Shown: positions 54,140 to 64,000 of the stretch, piece after piece
Layout: every line of letters starts with the position of its first letter
Numbering within the stretch: position 1 is the stretch's first letter
Origin: the human T2T-CHM13v2.0 reference genome, Homo sapiens
Direction: 5' to 3' (one strand)
Length of the DNA: 64,000 nucleotides
NCBI RefSeq assembly: GCF_009914755.1
Contig: NC_060942.1
The notes under the pieces: generated by a model
What the model saw: the letters and a program-made list of their open reading frames with translations, nothing else
Told to the model about the DNA's origin: nothing
Databases searched by the model: none
Made by a program: the position numbers and the translations under genes

Positions 54140-54940
54140 TTTTACTTTAAAATCATAATGGAATGTAACACACATACACAAGGTGTAACATGTGTGCACA
54201 ACTCAATAATTTTCAGGAAACAAAGATCTATGAACTCACAACCAGGTAATGAAATAAAATTTTGCTAGCCCCCCAGATGAATCCTTTATACCGTTGCTCA
54301 ATCAACACTTCCTCTCTTGTTCCCAAAAGTAACAATTACCCTTTTCTGCAACACTATAAATGTGTTGTGTACCTTTAAGACTTTATGCAAGCCAAACTAC
54401 ACATTATGTATTCTTTGATATCTGGGCTCTTTTGCTTATTGTCACGCTCGTGACAATCATTCATGCTGTGTTCAGCAGAAGTTCACTTATTGCAATAGCA
54501 CTTCATGATACGAGTGTTAAAAATTGTTTATTTAATATACTGTTGATGGGCACATGGGTTGTTTCCAAGCTTTAGCTATCACAGATAAGGCTACGACAAA
54601 AAATGTAGTGCATGGCTGTTGGTACCAAGCCGCATGCATTGCTATTGGGTCTATAAGGGTTGAATTTGGGGGTTCATAGATTGAGAGTATGTTCAGTTTT
54701 AGTAGAAAATACTAAACAGTTTTTCCAAGTGACTGCATCAATTTTCACTCCTGCCAGAAGTTTATGAGAGTTCTAGTTACTCTAAAACCTTACCAACACT
54801 TGTAATTAGTGTAATATTTTTTAACTTTTGAGATTTTTCTGGGTATGTAGTGATATCTCATTGTGGATTTGTGTCATAGTGACTAATACATTTAGGAACC
54901 TTCCCAAATATTTATTAGCCATATGGATATACTTTTTAGT
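54140..54940 (-). mobile_element. L1ME-type 3' region
   Basis: 'ctgttgatgggcacatgggttgtttcca', 'aaacagtttttccaagtgactgcatcaattttcactcc', 'tatttattagccat'. Confidence 0.75.
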
Positions 54941-55542
54941 GCCCAAAGACAGGAACTAGTCAAATATAGATAAGTCAAGCAACTGGAGGCAAGGAGAGGA
55001 TGAACAGAGGCTAGATTCCAAGAGGGAATTTGAAACCTTGAAGGTAGTCCACTATGAAAGAAGTCTGGCTCAAGTAACCAGATTCAACAAAATAGTCAAA
55101 GTCATGGTTTTTGAGGTTTGAAAGCCTTCCAGACCCCGTTCTCTTGCCTGAATGTGAAAACAGCAGGAGAAAAGGCCTGTATTCATGAACTAGAAGAGTT
55201 TTCTCATTAAACTCCTAAGCATGGCTTCTGTGGAAGGAACCCTTACACCATGGAGCGCACACAATGGGTAGAAGAGTGACACTACAACCTGGTATCTGTC
55301 AGTTCTGTTGAGATTTATACCCCAATGGTAAAATATCGGCTCTGAGAAAACTCAGTCAAGGAGGGATGAGGGCAGCATTTCTAGTTTTCAGTGAAGATAG
55401 AATTTTTGGTTATGGGGAATTACTACAGTATGAACTTTTTAGTTTGTCAGAGATGAGGTAAGTATTGTTATCTCACGCAGTGCTACTGAAGACAGCCACT
55501 ATAGGAAAGAAAAGAGAGAGGGAGATCAATCCTTCCAGCAGG

Positions 55543-55990
55543 TGTTGAGTTATGTTCCTGAGACTCTGTGATGAAAATTCATGTGAAATTGATTTATTTG
55601 GAAGTATTCGCAGGAAAATCTGGGGAGAGTGGGAAAGTGAACCAGAGAAGAACACAAAACTAAACAGGGATACACTATCAAGTAAGCCCCATGAATGGGA
55701 ATTTTAGCTCAGTCACACAAGGAAGTTGGAGACAGTGTTGGTTGTCCCTCAGAGTCACTCCCACTAGAGACATGGGAGCTGGGGTACTTATGCCCCTGCA
55801 CTGTCAGCCATTGGTTAAGGATTGTTTCAGGGAAACAAACATTCCAAGATCCTTCCTGTTTTATGGAAAACCAAAGCAGACTCAGGAGTGGAACAGTTCC
55901 TAACCACAGACACTGGTGGTGGCTGTTTGGAGTGGAAGAGCACAAAATAATCAAGGAATCCAAGGTAATATGGTAGCTTTGATATTGCTT
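55543..55990 (-). mobile_element. LTR33-like ERVL LTR
   Basis: 'ggagacagtgt...cctcagagtcactcccac...gggagctggggtacttatgccc...gtcagccattggttaagg'. Right boundary approximate. Confidence 0.65.
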
Positions 55991-57416
55991 GCTGTAAGTG
56001 GCTTCCTAGTGCCAAAGAGAATACAAAAAAATACCCCAAACTCTCTTGTAAGGGCCTCCATACCAAACATGATTGTCCATTTTTGCCTCTGCCACCTCTT
56101 CTACCATCGCTCTTCTCCCACATTCTCTCACTACAGACCTGTCTTGCAATCCCTCCTCTTCCTTCAGAGAAAGAAGTTTTCACCTCAAAGACTTTAGACT
56201 GTTTTTCTCCATACAAAAGTATACAAATGATATTTTGGATCATCAAGTACTCAGAAACGATTTAAGAATTGGTTTCCAGGGGAAAATTACTCAGGGAACA
56301 CCTCCAGCCAAAATACAAATAAACCAGAAAAACAGAAATGAACATCCAGAATAGGAGAGATACAACCATCAGAAAACAGTGGTAAGAAAACTAGTAACCT
56401 AAAATTCCAAATGATTTAAGCAAAACCTGAAATTTAAGAATAGGGTTAGGTTGTGTAAGAAAAAAGCAGGGGGAAATGAAGTAAAACAAAGCTAAAGGTT
56501 TCATCTTCTTTGGAGAGAATTGTGTAGAAACTGTAAAATTATCTATGTATTAAAATGGTTTTTCAAAATAAATGTAGAAGGATAGAAAAAGATATAAAAC
56601 TTCCAAACAACTAGAGAGAAAAAGGAAAAAAAAGAAAAACAAATTATTTCACCTAGAATAAAAAACTGAAGAATAAGAAAAAAAAATTTTAAAGCTATCA
56701 AATTCCATACAAATTATATATTTAAATGCAAAAATAAAATACAAGTATGTTATAAACCATTAGGCTGGGAAAAAGCAACACGTCATCCATACCAGAAATT
56801 GTAATAGAAATGATTAATAGGTTTAACAGCATTAAAAAAGTAAAATAAAACTCCAAAGCTTGAAAAACACAATGTATGACAGAAAAAGTCAGTAGAAAAA
56901 CAACATAAATGGTAGAAAAAATGGGCTTCAATATATAAAACTTCCTACACATTAACAAGGAACATATAAAAAAGAAAACATGGTTAAAAAACATAAGTAG
57001 GTAATCCACCAAAACATAAAAGCATTTGGCCAATTCAAATATGAAAAAATACCTAGCTTCACTAAATAACCAAATGAATGTAAGTTAAAATTAAGAGCTA
57101 TCATCTTTTACCTATCATATTAGCACAGATTTCAAAATAGTAACAGTATATGTGAAAACAATGAGGAGCAGGTCCTATTATTGATGGGAGTATAAATTGG
57201 TGCAATATTTTATAAAGCAATTTGGAATGTGCATCAAAATTTAAAATGTATTATGCTGCTCAACCCAGAAATTCTCCTTCAAGGAATTTATCCTTAGGAG
57301 TACTAATGAAAGTTCACCAAGATATCTACACAAGAATGTTTATGTAGAATTATGCACAATAAAAAATGAAAAAAATAACAACTTAAAAATGTTTCATTAA
57401 GCTTGTTAAATGAAGT

Positions 57417-58615
57417 ACTTTATAGGTTCTGGATATTAGATCTTTGTCAGATGCACAGATTGCAAATATTTTTTCCATTCTGTAGCTTGTCTGTTTACTC
57501 TGATGATAGCTTCTTTTGTTGCGCAGGAGCTCTTTCATTTCATTAGGTCCCACTTGTCAATTTCTGTTTTTGTCGCAATTGCTTTTGAGGACTTAGTCAT
57601 AAAATCTTTCCCGAGCCTGATGTCTGGTGTTTCCTAGGTTTTCTTCTAGGAATCTTATAGTTTGAGGTCTTACATTTAAATCTTTCATCCATCTTGAGTT
57701 AATTTTTTATATGGAGGAAGGTAAGTGTTCAGTTCCATTGTTCTGCATATAGGTAGCCAGCTATCCTAGCACCATTTATGACCCCTTTAAAAAGTGGGCA
57801 AAAAACATAAACAGAAAATTCTCAAAAGAAGATATACAAGCAGCCAACAAAATGAAAAAATGCTCAACATCACTAATCATCAGAGAAATACAAATCAAAA
57901 CCACAATGAGATATTATATCACACAAGTCAGAATAGCTACTATTAAAAAATCAAAAAACAACAGATGTTGGTGAAGCTGCAGAGAAAATGGAACTCATAC
58001 CCTGTTGTGTAGTAATGTAAATTAGTTCAGCCACTGTGGAAAACAGTTTGAAGATTTCTCAAGGAACCTATAAGAGAGCTATTTTTTGACCCAGTGACTG
58101 GGTATGTATCCAGAAGAAAATAAATTGTATTACCAAAAAGACATATTCATGCATATGTTCCTCGCAGCGTTATTCACAATAGCAAAGACATGGAATCAAC
58201 CTAGGTGCCCATCAATAAATGAATTGGATAAAGTAAATGTGGTACCTATACACCACAGATTACCATGCAGCCATAAAAAAGAATGAAATCATGTCTTTCG
58301 CAGCACCACAGATATAGTTGGAGGCCATTATTCTAAGCAAATTAATGCAGAAACAGAAAACCAAAACCAAACATTCTCGCTTATAAGTGGGAACTAAATA
58401 CTGGGTACTCATAGAAATAAAGACGGCAACAATAGACACGAGGGACGACTAGAGGGCAGAAGGGCAAGGGTTGAAAAGCAACTATTGGTTATTCTGCTCA
58501 CTACTTGAGTAAGAGGATCATTCATATCCCAAATCTTAGCATCATACAATTAACTCACATAACACTGCACATGTGCCCCCGAATCTAAACAAAAGTTGAA
58601 ATTATTTTTTAAAAA
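57417..58615 (+). mobile_element. L1PB3/4-type 5'-inverted (twin-primed) insertion: inverted 57417-57779, sense 57780-58615
   Basis: Antisense ORF2 segment switches at ~57780 to sense 'acccctttaaaaagtgggc'. 3'UTR 'aaagacggcaacaatagacac...gaatctaaacaaaagttgaa'. Confidence 0.88.
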
Positions 58616-58845
58616 GCATAGTAATACAATTATGTGTGGTATGTAGTATTTGATGACAGTAATAATTGGCTAAGTTACTTCAAAAAAAACTATATTTTTA
58701 AATATATTCCATTAAGAATTATTTAAAATTATGGTATAGTCATAAAATAAAATAACCTATAATCACCAAGAAGAATGAGATAAATCTCTATATACCAGCA
58801 TGGGAAGATGTCAATGACATACTAAGTTATAAAAGGAAATTACTG

Positions 58846-59289
58846 GTGTGAGATGATATCTCATAGTGGTTTTGATTTGCATTTCTCTGATGGCCAGTGA
58901 TGATGAGCATTTTTTCATGTGTTTTTTGGCTGCATAAATGTCTTCTTTTGAGAAGTGTCTGTTCATGTCCTTCGCCCATTGGAAACCATCATTCTCAGTA
59001 AACTATCGCAAGAACAAAAAACCAAACACCGCATATTCTCACTCATAGGTGGGAATTGAACAATGAGATCGCATGGACACAGGAAGGGGAATATCACACT
59101 CTGGGGACTGTGGTGGGGAGGGGGGAGGGGGGAGGGATAGCATTGGGAGATATACCTAATGCTAGATGACGAGTTAGTGGGTGCAGCGCACCAGCATGGC
59201 ACATGTATACATACGTAACTAACCTGCACAATGTGCACATGTACCCTAAAACTTAAATTAAAAAAAAAAAAAAGAAAAAGAAAAAAAAA
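58846..59289 (+). mobile_element. Young L1PA2-type twin-primed insertion: inverted 58846-58978, sense 58979-59259, poly(A) to ~59289
   Basis: 'gctagatgacGAGttagtggg' (GAG, so non-Ta), 'cctgcacaatgtgcac', and the reverse complement 'ccactatgagatatcatc'. TSD AAAAGGAAATTACTG 58831-58845 / AAAAGCAAATTACTG 59290-59304. Confidence 0.93.
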
Positions 59290-59344
59290 AAAAGCAAATT
59301 ACTGAAACATACTACATGTTTAAACTTCAAATATATGAGGCTAA

Positions 59345-59635
59345 GTTTTAAAAGACAGCTGTGAAAAACCACACATTGTATGATTCTATTTCTATGAAAT
59401 GTCCAGAAAAAGCAAATCTTGAGAGACAGAAACAGATCAATGGTTGCTTGGGGCTGGGATGGAAACAGGGCTTGCCTGCAAATGGCCATGAGGGACCTCT
59501 CTGAGGTGATGAGAATGTTTTAAAGCTGGATTGTAGTGATGGTGAAACAGTTAACTCTGTCAATTTACTAAAAATTATTGAATTTACTTTGTGAATTTCA
59601 TGGTATATAAATTATACCTCAATAAAGCCATTTTG
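59345..59635 (+). mobile_element. L1MB7/8-type 3' end
   Basis: 'ttgtatgattctatttctatgaaatgtccagaaaa...ctggattgtagtgatggt...aattatacctcaataaagc'. Confidence 0.8.
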
Positions 59636-59989
59636 TAAGAAAAGCAATATACTGATCAGTATAGTAATAGCACGTGGATATGCAGCTATATTTACATCCA
59701 CAAAGAAAACTCTGCCCTGGGGTATTTCTATATTGTTTGAGTATTTTCAATAATAAATATTACTTTTACATTCAAAAATGTATGAAAAGAAATACCAACA
59801 GTATCTTTCAAAGCTCTTAGATCAGGGCCCTTCATCTCAGCACCCAGAAAAGCAAAACTTGATCTCATGTATTATCTGCCAGAGATGGCAGTTTGATATA
59901 TTTTTCAACAGTAGAGTGGATAAAGACGACCAAGCCATTTGTAATGGCGACATCACAGAATGGGATGTAACAAAGGTAATCAGTCACTA

Positions 59990-60170
59990 ACACTTAGTGG
60001 ACACTACTGTAAGTACTTCAAACAAATTCAACTATTTAATTCATGTTGCAGTCCCAATGTTGCGGTCCAACCTCTATGCACTCGGCAAAAGCCACAGAAT
60101 TGGAGAATGTAGATCAGGAATTTAAGCCCAAGATGTCACACTTCAGTGCCTGGGCTCTAAAAACTACATC
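59990..60170 (-). mobile_element. MIR fragment
   Basis: 'aaagccacagaattgg...caggaatttaagcccaagatgtc...gcctgggctctaaaaactac'. Confidence 0.45.
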
Positions 60171-60323
60171 AGATTGCCCATACCCAGGGAGGGGCTGTAT
60201 TTCATAACCAATTCTCTGACTAGACATGTTCACTTCAGTAGAATATTTCCTACATTATGATTCTGGTAGCAAGCTTTTAAATACATAGTCATATTTTTTC
60301 ACTATTTCCAAATTGCCAGTTTA

Positions 60324-60788
<465 letters not shown>

Positions 60789-62277
60789 TCAAATAGTCTG
60801 ATAGTTTTGGAAACAACCTCTAAAAACAGAAAGACATAATGAATAGGCCAAATCCCTTCCCATTTATTTCAAGTTTAAGACATCAGAAAGCCTGATTCAA
60901 TAGGGATTGCCTATAGAAAAAACACAGAAGCACATCACATTTCAATTATTTCTACATCTTCGGTGTCAAGTAATTAATAAACCAAGCTCTTAGAGACACT
61001 GATCATATATCAAATAAACATGATGTGCTCTCCTACATCTCCCACAGAAACAGGTAATGCAATAGGTTAGCACTGAAATAGGATATTAAAACCCATTTAT
61101 ATTCTCACATCATTAGATGAGGAAAATAAATCTGGACACTAATGCTTGGCTGATATCCTTAAAATGATGCTGATTCTGCTAAGTCCTATATTTCCTCAGA
61201 GACTACAAATGTTCACATGACAAAAAAAAAGAGCTTCAGAGACTCAAAGATTTCAGTGGTCTTAAAATTCAAAAATAATGGCCACTTTTTTATTAAGTCA
61301 CCCATAAATCCCAAATAAATGCAAACCCCAGTGTATGCTACTGTAGAGGACTTCTACCTTTGTGTTCTGTTATTGATATTTTCCGTCTATATTTTTTTCT
61401 ATCAACCTGAGATAAAAATAACTTATCTGAATCAGCTGGGTTCACAACTCAATCTAAAAAGCTTCATTTAAATATAGCTTCATTTATTAATTTTGAAATT
61501 AAGTTATATTAGCTCTTGCCATGTCAATGTTAAAGTCCTCAAATATACATGAAAAATCATTCTTCTACAGTGTTTAAAAATTAATAATGGTGAGAGTCCA
61601 ATTTTAAACTACCCACATCATAGAATTACTCAGTAAATTGCATGGATTTCTAAGTTCAGGCATCATTAGTACTTTTAGAACCCCTTTGAACTTATAACCA
61701 ACACTTATATTCTGTCAATATCATCATATTAAAACTCTTTGCATTATAAAGCTAATTTTATAAATCAATTTCTCATTGCTAGGCAGACTCTAGACTGGAT
61801 AACATTTTTCTGTTAAGCCATTGAGATAAGGAGTTTCTTCTGGCTGAATTTTTATTGAGAAACTTAGTTTTGTTTGAAATGTCCATTTCAATCTTTGGAA
61901 TAGTGATGTAAGCTCCTGTATTGTGTGTTTTGAGTTTAATTTTTCTACTGTGCTTCCAATTTTAATTTTTATGAGAATCGTTTTAGGTCATCTTCTGTTA
62001 GACGATTTAGCAACAGTTAGCATATGTCTAACATGTACATCAGTCTATATACCTATTGACTTGCAGGGAAGTGTCAAGAAAGTAAGCTTTGTTGTGCAAA
62101 TAGTGTGAGTTCTCATGGAGTTTACATAAGTCACCTTACAGATGAACAAATTACACTATATAATAAAGGCAGGCTCTATAATTTTGACCTTCTCTTCCTA
62201 ACAGGAAAAAAAGTTCTATTTTATTTTGCATCTCTGGTATCTAGCACAATTCTCTAGCACACATTAAGTACTTAACC

Positions 62278-62655
62278 AGAAGGAAGAAAGGAAGGAAAGA
62301 AGGGAGGGAGGGAGAGAGGGAGGGAGGGAGGGAGAGAGGGAGGGAGGAAGGAGGGAGGGAGGAAGGAGGGAGGGAGGGAGGAAGGAGGGAGGGAGGAAAG
62401 AAGGAGGGAGGGAGGAAAGGAGGAGGGAGGGACGGAGGGAGGGAGGAAAGGAGGAGGGAGGAAGGAGGGATGGAGGGAGGAAGGAGGGAGGGAGGAAAGG
62501 AGGAGGGAGGGACGGAGGGAGGGAGGGAGGAAGGAGGGAGGAGGGAGGGAGGAGGGATGGAGGGAGGAAGAAGGGAGGGCAGAAGGAAGGAGGGAGGAAA
62601 GGAAGGAGGGAGGGAAGGAGGGAGGAGGGAGGGAGGGAAGGAGGGAGGGAGAGGC
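62278..62655 (+). repeat. ~380-bp polypurine (GGA/GGGA/GGAA) low-complexity repeat following an L2-like 3' tail
   Basis: Almost pure A/G strand. Preceded by 'tctagcacaattctctagcacacattaagtactta' (L2 terminus-like). Confidence 0.95.
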
Positions 62656-63794
62656 GCTTTCAAGTCTGTAAATGCTGTGCACATATAAGAGCATAATGTT
62701 ATCATTATTGTTTTAATCAGTACCCAGGAAAGTGGCTGATCTCTTTATTAAAGGATTAGTTGTTCTTAGAGCATGTCCTCCTTATGCTCACATCTCTTGC
62801 TTTCTTGGTAGGACTGTTCCCTTGTTAAGGCTTGACAATTCCTAAACCAAAACAAATCCATCTTCTTAAGTACAAAGAACAATTGTTGCTAACCAAGGCC
62901 TGGTTGACAAGAGAATATATAGCTTCTCCATTTGACAAAAAAAAATGTAGTCTGTGTTTTCTTTCAAATTTCACACTAACTCAGACTTGCAGATTCCCCT
63001 AAAGAAAGGATGAATAGGCCAATAGGCCATCCAGATCAATGTCACAAAGCAAAAACTACTCAAACTAAACACCGCTGCTTTGTTTTCATACAGATTTATA
63101 TTGTTTTTTTATCCTCTCACAGTGCCCTTTTCTGAAGCTAGAAAGTATCTTTAAATTACATTTTAAAAACAAGACTGCTCTGTGAAAATCTGTCAAGATG
63201 TGTTTTTTTTTTACTAGTTATGATTGTCTAGTTTTATTAAAAATAACAAAACAGTAACATTGCTGACACGTACAAAGAAGTTCTATTCAATGACTTGCAA
63301 GTGAAGCATACAACCTGATAAAATGTGTATATGTGTGGGTGAAAGAGAGACAAAGAGACAAAGGGAGAGACAGAGGGAGACACAAGAAGGAGAGACAGAG
63401 GAAGAGGGCATGCGCATACTTGTGAATATGATGAATCTGTGACAATGTGTGATATATCCCACCTTGGACAGAGCACATCAGAAATATCAGATTTAATTCT
63501 AGTTATATTTTGAGAGGAATAGTGAAAACTGTGATATGTACAGAGAAGAGTGTGATAAATCTGACTGTTGCTATATGAGAACATTTGAGCAAAATAGGCT
63601 TATTAAAACTACATCCCAGAGAATCCACGAATAAAAGACACATGGCTATTTTCTTTAAATATTTGAAGTTCTCACCTATTGAAGATGCAGGAAGCACATT
63701 TTGCATGCCTCTTGATGACATAGCTAGGACCAATGCACTCAACATAAAAATCCAAATACCACGTGGGATATTCAGTTCCCAGCCACTTAGGGAA

Positions 63795-64000
63795 GAAATT
63801 CAAGAGTTTGGTTTAGGAAATGTAATATTGAGATACCATGTAGACATCCAAGTGGAGATATCAATGAGATATTTGATGCTCTGAAAAGAAGACAGAGCCT
63901 TTGGTATAATTCTGAAGGATATTTGAAATCTTAGGTTTACATGAAATCACCCGGAAAATAAATTTAATTAAGAAAAGAAGTCCATGGACTAAGCCCTGGG
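63795..64000 (-). mobile_element. L2 fragment (runs off the window)
   Basis: 'gagtttggtttaggaaatgtaatattgagataccatgtagacatccaagtggagatatc...atggactaagccctggg'. Confidence 0.75.

Larger units (their letters stand above)
56880..59330 (+). mobile_element. Ancient L1ME-type 3' region hosting two younger L1 insertions (own segments ~56880-57416, ~58700-58845, ~59290-59330)
   Basis: 'ttgatgggagtataaattggtgca', 'caacccagaaattctccttcaaggaatttatcc', continuing 'aattatggtatagtcata...aagaatgagataaatctctatatac'. Confidence 0.65.

Noticed and set aside
59911-59981. Possible exon (ttttcaacag|...aacaaag|gtaatc) encoding RVDKDDQAICNGDITEWDVTK
   Set aside because: Splice-like signals are present, but I do not recognise the peptide, no neighbouring exons are evident and it abuts a MIR. 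Needs RNA-seq.
62241-62705. 154-aa and 140-aa Pro/Ser/Leu-rich ORFs
   Set aside because: Translation of a CT-rich simple repeat that lacks stop codons by composition.

Overview
Human (primate) non-coding genomic DNA. It is AT-rich and dominated by retrotransposons, and a human-specific AluYb-lineage element at 41866-42181 points to human origin. I found no host protein-coding exon, RNA gene or CRISPR-like system that I can support. Every ORF in the track with a recognisable product is a decayed LINE-1 ORF1/ORF2 fragment, an Alu/LTR read-through or low-complexity sequence. The centre is a 19-kb nested cluster: an old full-length L1PA15/16-type element containing (i) an internally deleted L1PA5-type element and (ii) a two-LTR MSTA-type MaLR provirus, which itself holds a full-length antisense L1PA5-type element. 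Most notable observations: (1) the two inverted L1PA5 copies share long, essentially identical tracts with private mutations while their 5' UTRs are clearly diverged, a gene-conversion or recurrent-inversion signature; (2) an L1PA7/8-type element whose 5' UTR deletion starts exactly at the known L1 splice donor, suggesting it was spliced before retrotransposition; (3) an unexplained ~145-bp inverted repeat (16225-16369 / 17301-17445) with two well-conserved blocks; (4) a ~40-bp MaLR-internal fragment templated into the L1 1.8 kb away; (5) two adjacent twin-primed L1 insertions. Subfamily names come from remembered consensus diagnostics and need RepeatMasker/Dfam confirmation. I did not find a convincing wholly new biological system.
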